From positions 4,174,795 through 4,238,794 of the forward strand of contig CAJINV010000001.1 in assembly GCA_905178155.1 (NCBI GenBank): DNA of 64,000 nt. The letters run 5' to 3'. A model generated the notes under the pieces. That model was not told the origin of the DNA. It saw only the letters and a program-made list of their open reading frames with translations, and did not search any database. A program made the translations under genes and the position numbers. The DNA is from Amoebophrya sp. A120 (lineage: Eukaryota > Protista > Dinoflagellata). Shown one piece after another: positions 11,801-23,346 of this stretch (position 1 is its first letter; each line of letters starts with the position of its first letter).

Positions 11801-14800
11801 GCGGCTTCCTCCGACGAGCAAGACGCAGTCACTATTTACGGACAGAACGACGCTGTTAATCACCACCAGGAAAATCAGCAGGAGTCTAGTTGTTCGCTTT
11901 ACCCAGCACCGACAGGCTCGTCCTCAGCTTCCGCTCCGAGCAGCGTGACGAACGCGAAGAACTACAAAGTTGGACAAGAACTCGAGCAGAACTACGAACA
12001 ACAGCTACAGCACGATCTCCACGACGAGAGCGGGAACCATAATCTTCAGGAGGCTACTTTATTTTCCCGGCATGGCACCAACGACAGCGACAGCTTTGAT
12101 GTGTACAACATTTTTTCCCGGCATGGCACCAACTTATGTCTTCAACGGTCGTTAGCATACAGAAGGGTGAATTTGCAGTGAATTTGTATTGCGTGGCATG
12201 ATGCATGAATTAATCTTCAGGTGCATGCGAAGAACTAGAACACGAGGACAACATACAAGAAGCCAGCGCGCCGCGTTGATGGGCTGCTTGGCTGGTGGCG
12301 CTTCCCTCCTGTGGACGCTTGCCGCTTGTTGCCCAAAGAGGCGCACCTGGTGGACTGCGAAGCAACGCAGGTGGCTTAGGGCGGTCTTACAACACGACGC
12401 TGCATGATCCGCAGACTCGATAGTGGCGGATCGACCGGGACGAGGGCTATGCCTGTAAAGGGGGTCAAAGGTACTAGCTCAACATGTCAAAATAGAGAAG
12501 TCGCGTCACGGGTTGTGGCTGCCTCGGCTTGGATATCTGGAGACAGGTTGCTACGGATGCTAGCATCGCCTGCTTTGCTCTGTAAGTAACCTCCTCCCAG
12601 CTGTGTTCCTGCCTCATCTTGGTCGGTTCCTCTAGTAGTCTTCTTTGACGTGACCCCCAGGTCAGGAATTCTCTTGGTGAATTTTGAGGCTTTGTCTTTT
12701 TGCGAAACTTTTTTGAAGCCCCAAACTCGGAGTTTCTCACGCGCTAGCGAATTTTGAACAGGCACCGGAACCCAAAATTCACCGGCGCCCTTTTCAAAAT
12801 TCACCCGAAAACTCACCGAGCGCCCCTTTTCGACCGTGATAAGCAAACTTTGGCGCAGAAAAGTGCTCAAAAATGTGCACAGGTAGGCCCTGGGGAGTGG
12901 GGCCGAGGGGAAAAGACAAGCGCCCTCTGTTGCCCTCAGCCCGTCTATATTCTGCCGAAAAGGCCTGGGGAGTTCACGCGCCTGCCGGGTAGAGGCGTGA
13001 AAGCTCTCGGCCTGGTCCTTTCACTCGTTTTTTTGCGCCTTCTTCCCTAATTGCATGTGCTTCGCAGCCTTTCTTTTTAGCGTCTTTGCCGCGGCTGCTG
13101 CAGTGCTCTATGCGAGCACAGGGAGACGAATAGACATGGCCAAAGAACGGCACCCAGGCCATGCCTAGAAGCTGCCCGCCGCATAAGTAAGCCTTGACTT
13201 CTGCGGTGTGCAGAACCCACCTCCCAGAAGGGCAAGAAGGATAATGCCCCGGCGGACTCATCTGCAATCTGTCATGCAAAATTCACTACAAATTCGCCAC
13301 TTCTCATGCTAACGGGTGTTAAAGCTGTAAGCACCAACGACAGCGACAGCTTTGATGTGTACAACATTTTTGACAGCTATTCATTGCGACGCGTTCCGAT
13401 GAGATAAGTAAAAGCGGAACTTCGTGGAATTTTGCGTCTCGAAAATTGCCAGCAGGGCACTGCGTACCCCGCCCAGGCAATATTGCCCCATTGAGTAGAC
13501 CTGCGCGATGTTTTGTAGCCCTGGCTCCCAGCTGTTCTTTGTGTTTTTTTTATTTATCGCTGTGTATTCTTTTCCAGGTGGGCCGATATTGTGTCGTGGG
13601 GCAGGAACGATAGCCGGAGTGGGCGCTTAAGCGCCAACAAGCAACAAGATAACACTTCGTGGGCTCTCCGGGCAATAACAATCGGAAGCCCTGCAGGCCT
13701 CTCCGTCAATATTACCATGTGCGCGGGGCCCGACAAGGGCCACAAATTCTGCGCCATTGGCCTGCGAATACGCCAGACGGAACAGACAGAAGCTCTCTTT
13801 TTGCCCTTTCGTGGCGAGGCCCCTTTCGTGGCGAGGATTCCTTTCGTGGCGAGGCCCCTGGCTACGTTCATTGGCCATCCTGCCTTTCAAGTGCCACCCC
13901 TTAGGAATTTGCTTGGAATTTGCTAGGAATTTGCTTGGAATTTTCTTGACTTTTTTTTGGAATTCTAAGCAATTTCTCTGCATTTTGTCTGGAATTTGTT
14001 TGGAATTTCGCTCAGAGAGTTCTGGAATTTCGTCATAGCGTCGTGACTGGCAAATTCCAGATAAATTCCAAATGAATTCCAGACAAATTTCTTACAAAAG
14101 AAAAACAAAAAGAAAATAAATTTCTGGCACATGTCAAACAGAGGGAACCCAGAGGACTAACACCTCCGACCTAGGTCGCGACCTAGGTCGCGACCCACCC
14201 GGAAGCAACCACAAGACAACACAAGAACTCTTCCAAAGTCCGGGACACAAGTGTCCGATATGGCACGACACCCAAGCGCCACACTCCGACAACGGGTGCC
14301 AGAATAGGGCCAGCAGGCGCAAAAGCTACAGCTTTGCCCTGCGTGGGTAGTTCGGGTCTAGGGCTGTGAATAATTGGCACAAGATATAAGCTTCAGGCTA
14401 TGGGGATTCGACTACCCTCAACAGTACGGCGTTGTTGTCTGTTTCCTCACGCTTGCGTTTATCTTTAGGGGCCCCCATATTTGGACAGAACAAGACGCGG
14501 GTAGTCTACCGCGATAGCCTGCGCCCGAGAATGCGCCGATTTCTGTCCCTGCGAAAACATCTTTCACACAGCGACCGCGTGGCTGTTCGCTACGCTGCGG
14601 CTCCGGCGCTAAGAAGTTTTTTTTCCCCGAGAAATTCCACGAAATTCCGCTCAAATTCCCTCATCGTACGCGCTGACAGCGACAGCTTTGATGTGTACAA
14701 CATTTTTGACAGCTGCACGTCGGGCGAAGAAAATAATTCGGAGATGAATGGGGAAGACTTTTCCGCAAACAGCCCGATGCTGCTCTTCGAAACAGCATGT

Positions 14801-14995
14801 GAAGATGGCGGAGGGATGCTGGCCGCAGGAGAGGGACCTCCAGGAGATCTGCGTGCAAGCGCAAGCAAAAGGCAGTCAAGTGGTGAGGGTGGCTGCACAG
14901 TGGCGTCTCCCACGGCAGTAATTGGCATGGAGGACGACACTGGGGCTTTCATCTGTAGTTCCGCAGCAGCGGAGAACAATGTTGACGGCGAATAA
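5823..14995 (+). CDS. Class I 3',5'-cyclic nucleotide phosphodiesterase with N-terminal MGCGAS acylation motif and EF-hand-like pair
   Basis: GT-AG introns at 8364-8531 and 9822-10087, plus a non-canonical 330-nt insert near 9397-9726. The joined protein shows PNAYHNYHHA, ALAHDVGHRGFTN, SVLENMHA, ILGTDM, LHTADIGN, EEF and SQIAF. The ORF stops at 12181 unless the inserts between 12134 and 14674 are removed, which gives an in-frame tail to 14995. Confidence 0.9.
9397..9721. mobile_element. Introner-like MITE 1 (325 bp), TSD GTATC
   Basis: Left end tatcaaaaggaaaaatccccccacccca; reverse complement of right end tattgagaggaaaaatcccccctcccca. GTATC at 9392-9396 and 9722-9726. Removal restores PNAY|HN. 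Confidence 0.93.
12062..12133 (+). repeat. In-frame 51-bp tandem duplication (FSRHGTNDSDSFDVYNI); the second unit is interrupted and resumes at 13339
   Basis: 12062-12112 repeats at 12113-12133 and continues after the insert at 13339. Confidence 0.85.
12134..13330. mobile_element. Non-autonomous TIR element (1197 bp) with 8-bp TSD GCACCAAC
   Basis: Left ttatgtcttcaacggtcgttagcat..gaatttgcagtgaattt; reverse complement of right ttacagctttaacacccgttagcat..gaatttgtagtgaattt. TSD at 12126-12133 and 13331-13338. No transposase ORF recognised. Confidence 0.85.
13379..14674. mobile_element. Family-B element, long copy (~1.3 kb), flanked by a 40-bp direct repeat of host exon
   Basis: Colinear with 37241-38269. 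Subterminal inverted repeat cgatgag..agcggaa(c/t)ttcgtggaattt. Flanks 13339-13378 and 14675-14714 are identical. Confidence 0.85.
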
Positions 14996-17900
14996 ATATA
15001 AATGGCGAATATGGAATGCGGAAGTTCGCAAACGACAGTGCTGCAATGGAGCTTATAGCAATTTGAATTTGAACGAAAGCATAGTTCTTGTGCTCAAAAA
15101 ATATTTTATGATGGAAGCACGAGTACGCTTCGGAGTCGGATCCTCCTCTGGAAAGGAAATACAGTTAGAAGGAAAAAGGCACTAAAGCTCGAAAGAATCA
15201 GAAACAAATCACAAAACTTAAGCAAATCAATTTGATAGGTTACTTCTTTAGACAAATCACAGATAGAATAATATATAGCCAGAGCAATTTTATGTCTTAT
15301 GGATAAGGATATCAAGAAAAATGAACCTGTATCTACTTGTTGTCCGTTGTTGTAACAATTATGCCATGTACCTGTACAATAGCGTTAGCGTTTTTGAACT
15401 ATTACTATGATCTCTGTGTGCTGTAGATAAAGTTTCAACATAAAAGCGATATGAGGCATCATGAGAAGAGCTGCGGAGACGAGAAACAGAAAAATGAAGT
15501 AGATTTGCAACGGCAAGTATCAACTTCCATGGCGCGCAGGAACATCAGCAGGTATCTCCACGCTCCGAAGTTGAGCTCGTCGGTTATCTTTACGATTACG
15601 AAGAGGCTTGGACTTGATCTTGCAATCTTGAGCAGGATCTCTCACTTTTCTTCTTTTTTCTACAAGAAATCTATGATACGCGGTAGTCACACTCACACTA
15701 GTTGCAATTTGTATAAAGATAAGACAGAGTAGGAGCATCGGCTTTAGTCGTGTGTAGGCATAAGTGAACAGAGTCCAAGCAAAGCCAGATGCGATGTAGA
15801 ATTTTTTTTTGATGCATGTACATTACGCGCGTCTAGCACATTGGCCGTGGGCCAGTTGCCGACGGCTAGACGAAGCGGCGGATCCCAGCTGGGTGGCAGT
15901 GATGTTGATGTGAGGTTCACTGCGAGAAGAAATCCGAGTTGGCTCGTAGTTAGAAATAGCTTCGGTCTGGGCGAGTGAAACGTTATCCAATTTGTGCCCC
16001 TAAGACCCTAGCGAGAATTTTCTTACCGTGACTCCCCTCGGGATTGAGAACGTTAACCCAGGGTAGAGTCTTGCGATGCACTAAGCGTCGTAAACACAAT
16101 TTGAATTTGAACTTACAACCGCTACAGCTGAAACTGTAGCTGCCGTAGTTAAAACGTGTGTCTTCGATAAGTATTCAGTAACTAAGTACAGAAATCGCGC
16201 CAGAGCTTGTATTGTCATGGGACGATGCAACTTCTACTTCTACTCGAGTAGTTTGCGCGATGGTAATGGTTCGCATGTAGTGCCTCGATGAAAATAATAT
16301 GCCCATACGATACCGAAGCTCAGCCACCTAGAATTATTCGCATCAAACAGCCCAAATCAGGTGAAATTTCCTGAACAAGCTGCAGCACCAGCAGGAGGCT
16401 CGCTAGTGCTGTTGCAAGATGCCCTTTCACAGGAGCTTTGTGAGACAAATACATGAATCCCATCGGCACTACATCCGGCAGGGGTAGATGAGCTAGAAAC
16501 CAAAACTACAGGAGCACTAGTGACCAGCCGTTTCAGTTCAAGTTCTGTTGGTTTGCGAAGTGCATCAACAGACACGACTCCAGGAGCGTTTTTTACTTCT
16601 TCCACCTACAATTTTACTTTTACTATTTTCTTTAATTTTAATACCACACTGTCTCCCCTTGTTCTCTGGCCACTCCTGCGGTTTTACTTGTACCGGGATT
16701 TTTGACTGTACGTAGGCCACAAGGTCGCACAAAGACGGTTGGAGAAGCAAATAAATTCTCATTTTTCTCCGGCAATGATGCTTTTGTTTTCCCTCTAAAA
16801 ATTCTTGTTGTTGTCAACTGACTACCCTCGTCCAAATTTAAGTTTGCTTTTTCATAAGCGCTGCTTTGTGACTGAATTCCAGCGAGCGAACAGTGTCGAC
16901 GATGGCGTGCTGGTGCCCTCCTATGACAAGAATTATATCCATATTGACTACAACTACTCAACTCCCTCCGTATACAAACAAGTACAACCGCCTTCGATAA
17001 TTTTACTTAATTTCCACAGGAAGAGCATTACTTCAGCAGCAAAAAGAAAAACCTCCACGGCTATTAATTTTGAAAATCTATATAAGAACTCTCCACTCTT
17101 TACCTCGACCTCTCCGTTTCGTTTCCTTTGTTTCCCGCTGAGCTGCCATCATTGAATTTAAAAATCGAAATCCCCGGGACAATACCTGTCCAAATTGACC
17201 ACGTATTAAAACCTCCTCATGTCCGATGCCGATCTTGATCTTCGTGACGCCCTTACAATCTTACTTTTACTTATACACCTGCACGTTTTTCCAGTGGGTT
17301 ATTTTTCCGCTCCACCACGCTCGCGGGGTCAATGCCGTGTGCATGAAATTGAACCTTTTTCACCTTCTTGTGTGCCTGGTAACGAGCTCGCTGCCGGCCG
17401 TACAGCAGTGAAAGCAAATGAACGAAGAAGAAGACTTATGGGTATTGAGTAGAGTTACTAATCTTATACTCCGGTGAGAATCATCTAAATGTGTCAAATG
17501 AAGGCGGATTTGAAATGTTTTCAGAATGTGGAGCTGTCGCGGAAGAGAAAAAATGAACGAAGATGCAACAACTCCATCTTCAACTGCAAGTGGCATAGCT
17601 TATAAGCACCACGCGGTGCGCGTTTTTGGCTTTACTTGCTGATTTCCAGTACTTGCGTGGAGCATACCCCGGAAACCACGAACGCCACTGCAGTGTTTTA
17701 TTTTGATCACACGCGACCGCACGAATCTCTGAACAGTGTGGTGCTCCTCGATGCGGCAGTTTCTTGGCGAGTCCAGCAGTATAAGCTTTTTTCACAATGT
17801 TGGACATCGAAATGAGTCAAAATTCACGGGGGCATTTTTTGGGCAGAATCTTGTTGTGCGTACTAGAATTAGAGTATGCAAAGGCAGAATTTTTCTGCCA

Positions 17901-19476
17901 CCTCGTCTGCTGCTGCGTTTTTTTAGCAAACACGTCTTAGTGTCAGGGGTACTATATTTTTTATTGAAGTACAGACAGGGATTACTTTAACTTTTTTTTG
18001 GTTTTGCAGCAAACATCGAGGGTTGTACGAGAATGGTTGAGAAATATTTTTAGCTTCAGTTGCGTTTTCGATTCTTTTGAATCTTCCAGCTGAATTTGCT
18101 ACAGCCAATTATTTCAAGATCGAGGGTGTATTTTACAAATGTCGACTGAAGAAGGTGAAGGTGAGGGCGGTGAAGTACACACTGGCTGAGTACGTTTGCA
18201 GCTTTGAAATTGAAAATAGTGTTTCATCTTCCAGCCTGGTGCTTTTCCTTGTCCTTGCTTATGTTTTTATGATTTTAGCCGAGCTTTTGTTTATTTTTTC
18301 TGTTTCGAACTTTTATTTTCCTACGACCACTCTGAACTCCTGCCATGATTATGATACTACAGGACTGCACCAGCAAGAAAAGTAAACTACAAGAGTTGGA
18401 TATGATCACGTTGACGTTGGGGTTGGGATGTCCGATGTCTTCCGACGCGGATGCCGATTCACTTTCAGTTTGACGCTATTGCAATATCTATGGGGATCAT
18501 AGCCGCATCCGTATTGTTCCGGACGCGGGTGCCTTTGCATCTCGACGATGGATGTACATTTTTATTTTCTTCAATTTGGGGAGCGAGAGCTGCAAAAATG
18601 AATTTCAACAAATGTCCGACCTTCATTCCACTTCGTAGTTACTTACTTGTTTTTGATTTTCGTAGATCATGACATGAGTTTTTAATGGGTCGATTTTATT
18701 AAGCGATACGTACTACAGATGACCTCGAGGTTAGTTTAGTGGTCCCTCGTTAAAATAAAATGGGTGTCAGTGATGTTGGCGAAGATACTAAACACTCGGG
18801 CAGCAGTGGTTTTTTTTTAATTTTTTGAGTGCGACCAACGGCAACGGAGGCACAGGCACCACGTAAGAATGTGAGTATACCAAGTATCAATTTCTTATCC
18901 TAGGAGAAGCCAGCGCGATCGCCTAGAAACAAAGCTCGCCCAGCGGATGAAAATCGTGCGCTCCCTGAAGCCGTTGTTCGTTTCTTCTTGTCCTTTCTTC
19001 TAGGCAGCTGCTACAGCTTCATCCGTATCTCGTCCTGTCTAGTAAACTGCTTCCCGTCCGAGCGAGCATCAATTACGGATCATGATATCAACCGGTGGAG
19101 GAGAGCTTCGAGTATCAAAATTTCGACTGGTACATCTGCACAAAGGCCACAGAAAAGTCTAGGTCGTGCTGACAGTGTCAGTTGTCATATGAGTGTGAAG
19201 ATGTTGCAGTACTACAAGTAGAAGTAAAGATTTCTGCTACTTCTAGTTATCCTGTAGTACAACTTGATTCTGTTTCATCCGTTGCTCTCTTCTTGCAACC
19301 ATGTTTCATCCGTTTCTTTGTTTTTGTGTCTCGTCCCAAAGATGCAAGTGCTCAGTAGTACTATGTAGACATATTATTTCCCGTAGGACTAGTAACTTTC
19401 GCCTCCCCATAAGCAACATCATCAGCACTGTAGTTACTGTTTGCAACTGCCTGCACCAACTTGACACAGCAGGGAC

Positions 19477-21703
19477 GTGATGGCGCCGTTGAGGAGAAGC
19501 AACTCTCCTATCTGTTCTGTGAGCTCTGCCTCTGCCGCTGCCCTGGTGGATATTGCCAAACATGATGAAGAAGAGACCACTACAACAACAAATCTTGCGG
19601 TTTTCGATCCGACAAGACTAAGACATCAAGCCGACGCAGAATCACGACAATGTCCGCCGCCGACCGCCTTCCCGCTTTCCTACGCAACAGCAGTGAGACT
19701 CGGCAGAGTCGCATTGAAAAATCAGGACCGCGAGGGTCGTTCCAAGCATATCGCTATCGGGCAAGCGGAACACGACATATATCAACCGTCGTCGAGGCCC
19801 GCTCCTTCTCTTACCCGACTCATTGCCTACTACCTGGTCCACAGCTGGCGGTGTTTCGGGTACGTTCCCGCGTTTCTCTACGCGGCGAAGACCCAGCCAT
19901 TCAAAGTCTTGCTGACCACCGCGATTCTCCAGGCGGTTCGGGCCAACAACCCCCGCGTCTCCTTCCTAGTGCACCTGTTTTGCTCCTACGGGTCGAGCAG
20001 AGAACCCAGATTTGTGAACGCGGCACGGAAGATATCCTGTGCAAAAGTATCGCACTCGTAGTAATCGCAGTCATGCATTACAAATCTCCATCCCAAGGCA
20101 AAACAGCGTCACAAATTCCAATTGTCATGCTGAGCTAATTTGTATTGCAATTACTACTAGTGCGATACTTTTGCAGTTCATAGAAGAAACTCTATGACAA
20201 AAACAGCGCGAAGCCGAGCCAGTACCTCGCGACCCTCCACCCCCACGGAATTCTGTGCTATCCAGGAAAAAAAGTACTTATGTAAGTGTAACTTTCTTTG
20301 AGAAACAGCATCACAAATTTGCTCTACATGACAGAGAAAACCTGTCATGCGTGGCGTGTAAGGGAAAACACACACGAAAAGAGGACTTCGTGGCTGTCTG
20401 GCATGACAGGCGTAACTCTGTTGCATGTTCTGCAACACAAAGTTACACTTACACAGTTTTTTTCTTGCATATGTGCTGCGGGTGGTTCAATTTGATATCC
20501 CGGCTTGCCCTGGATTGGTCGGCCACCGACCGGCTAGAGATCATGGACGGCCTGCCCGTGTTTCTCTGCTTCGCGCCGATGATCCAGCACTTGCCCCTCC
20601 ACGGGGACATGTACATGCAGAACTGCGGGGACGCGAGCGGCAAGACGGTGCGGCGAGTTCTGCAGACCACGAGGAAGACGCCGGCCATCGCGCCGGGCGG
20701 CTTCAGCGAGTCGGCGTACTGTGGGTGGGACATGGAAAAGTACGAGGTCGCGTATCTGCTGCAGCGAACCGGGTTCGTCAAGATCGCGCTGGAGCAGAAG
20801 GTCGATTTATTGCCGGTGTACACCTTTGGCAACGACAACATGTACCTGACGTGGGATTTGTTCGGCACCCGGCAGCTGCGGGCGGAGTGGTCGCAGAAGA
20901 TCGGACTGCCGCTCCTGTGGTGGAACGGAGCCGACCCCTTCGGGTGCACGAATTTACCGAAGACGGAGGACTTGGTGACGGTCGTGTTTGACCCGTTTGT
21001 GACGGAAAAGTATTGGAAGAGGCTGGAAGAGGTGTTTATTCGGGGAGACACTACCGCTACGAAGGCAACGAAAGGAGAAATAAAGGGAGTGCAGCCCGGC
21101 ATGGGCGCGACGACCCAAAGCAAAAGCAAGAAGAGTAAAACGAAAACCGGTACAGTTACCAAAACAGCCTACGAAAAAGCGTTGCAGGCTGCTGTAGAAG
21201 AGTGCCACCGTGACTATTTGCAGTACCTGTGGCGGTGCTTCGAAGAGTACAAGCACGTGACACCAGCGTCGGCAAAAAAAGCTCTGGTCTTCGCCGGCCG
21301 GGGACAAAAACCGATCGTGCCGGATGTGGACTGGTTGAGAAAAGAGCAGCAAGCGCACAGAAACGTCAGTGAAGAGCAACACCGTCGTCATTTGGAAGAA
21401 CGGCGAAGGGAAGCTACTACACGCACTGGAAGTCGTTCGGGTAAGAAAACGCGGCCGACGTCTCCGTCACGGTCTCCGAACAAAAGACCCCGTCCGCCGA
21501 CTTCGTCGCCGCAAGATGAGAGTAACAGCGTCGCCGCGATTTCAGTGCTAGGCGCAGCAGGACCAGTGGGCAGCACCAGCAGCCGCGATCAAGCATTTCC
21601 AATCGCGGTTCGTATCTCCTCGACCAGCACATGTTCGAGCGACCGCGCGGAAGAATTTTTCACCCACCCGCATTCTATTGTGCGTTCTTTGAGCAAATAT
21701 TAA
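19477..21703 (+). CDS. DGAT2: Diacylglycerol/monoacylglycerol O-acyltransferase, DGAT2 family
   Basis: After removing two TIR inserts the frame reads ARKKLYDKNSAKPSQYLATLHPHGILCCGWF. It contains HPHG, PGGFSES, RTGFVKIAL and PVYTFG. Confidence 0.88.
20033..20182. mobile_element. Introner-like MITE 2 (150 bp), TSD GAAGA
   Basis: TIR core tgcaaaagtatcgcact / agtgcgatacttttgca. TSD at 20028-20032 and 20183-20187. Same family as 50063-50217. Confidence 0.93.
20259..20471. mobile_element. Introner-like MITE 3 (213 bp), TSD TGTGC
   Basis: tatccaggaaaaaaa..tgtaagtgtaacttt versus aaagttacacttaca..tttttttcttgcata. TSD at 20254-20258 and 20472-20476. Confidence 0.9.
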
Positions 21704-21829
21704 ACCGAAACACACCATCCTGCCATTCGCGTCTGCGTTTGAGTTGGTGAGGATTCATTCATGTTTCGTCTTCTATTTCACACTATCACTAGTTGTGAAG
21801 ATCGAAAATCCACAAGTTCGGTGATGTCT

Positions 21830-23280
21830 GACCTGTGACTATGAGAATGAAATCGAAGATAGTAAAACAGAGGCATTGTACAATTGAGATTCTTTTGCTT
21901 TTGGTTTTACTTCTACTTCATTTGTATCAGTTTCCATCGTGTAACCAAAAAAAAACTTTTTTCTTATGTAACCAAAATAAAAAGACCTGGAAGAAGAGAC
22001 GCTTCCTTGCGAATACAATCATCATCCACAGATTTTCATCTTGCCATGGAAGAGGATCTTTCCATCGAATCAATGAAACACTTCCTCCACCTGATATTGA
22101 TATGGACCTAAATCGAAAAATCACGAACGATGCCATGGATCGATTTATTTTCATATTTTTGAGTTTTTCCTGAATCATGGTCATTTCTTTTTCTATCGTT
22201 ATCGAAAATCAAATGAAATGAAGAAGATGGGATGTCATATTCCGGATCTGGAAGATGTCGAGATAGAGTCCATTTATAAGGTCAAGATGAAAAAGAATCC
22301 TATCCAAAATTTCGAATTCGTTGAGGTGATATTTCAAAGCATTATGAAAAATATAATAAAAATTTATTTGCAAAATATTCAAAGTAAGGGGGTATTCGAA
22401 TATTCAATTTTGAGGGTATCCCACATATGATATTATATTATGAGAAATTTATGCAGAATTGAATTCCCATGATCATTCATTGTTTGTTTGTTTGTTGATG
22501 AAGGTCATGTGGAATCATTTGGAAATTGTTCTTTCCTCTCACAATTGCATTCCTCCTCTCATTTCGATTGGAATTTTTAAAGATCTGAAATTATCAAAGA
22601 TTATATTCTTGATCTTCCCTTTGAAATTCTCAAAATTTCTTAATATATTCATATCTCCAAATGTAATTTATTGATTCGATTCATGATTTATCATTTTCGA
22701 ATCTTGAGATGGAGAACAGAGATTTTTTGTGGAAAAATCGAATGTAATCGAGGATCATGATCTGAAAAAAATATTATAATGAATTCCATATTCCGAAAAT
22801 TTAAATTCGATTCTCGATAGAAAAAAAAAAACGAAGAAATGAATGATTTTTTTTTTTGAGATTGGAAATAAATTCGATTTCCCATCCTTCCATCGAGATT
22901 CCCAAAATCTATCATGAAATATATTTGATTTTGAATCTCGGATGATACATATCATAAATTTAAATCCTATTCCGACATGATATGATCAAAAAGAAAGAAC
23001 AACACACACAAAAAACAAGATGGACACAAGATTTTTTTTCAGACGATAAATAATGATGAGAATCAGATCGAAAAGATTCATTTCTATTGAGAATATATTG
23101 ATCGAGGATGAATAATCATGGACCAGACCTGAGTCTGAGACAAATTTGAATCATACCCAGTCATGAGCCGGTCTATGAAGAGAGAAAGAATTGAAAATTT
23201 TTTGAAGATGAGTCGAGATGAAGCGCTAGAAGGAGGATTGCACAGATTGACATGCAAGAGCAGCAACATCAACATCTCTA
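21830..23280. other. AT-rich island at the convergent strand-switch point
   Basis: Abrupt compositional change with many TC/GA dinucleotides and few GC, and no credible ORF. It lies between the last + gene and the first - gene. Confidence 0.7.
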
Positions 23281-23346
23281 TATCTTTTTACTCTTGAAAA
23301 GAAAGTAGGGCGAGTCTTCTTCATAAACATCAGGTTGTTTCTGAAA

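Noticed and set aside
12075-13371. A 41-bp target-site duplication around the first PDE-tail insert
   Set aside because: Better explained by a 51-bp tandem duplication plus an element with an 8-bp TSD whose TIRs start exactly at 12134 and end at 13330.
12075-14714. CRISPR-like array from three ~35-40 bp direct repeats
   Set aside because: The spacers are about 1.2-1.3 kb mobile elements, the repeats are coding sequence, the context is eukaryotic and there are no cas genes.
15400-18700. Protein-coding gene or transposase in the PDE-DGAT2 gap
   Set aside because: Only short ORFs with frequent stops and no recognisable motif; at most a decayed remnant.
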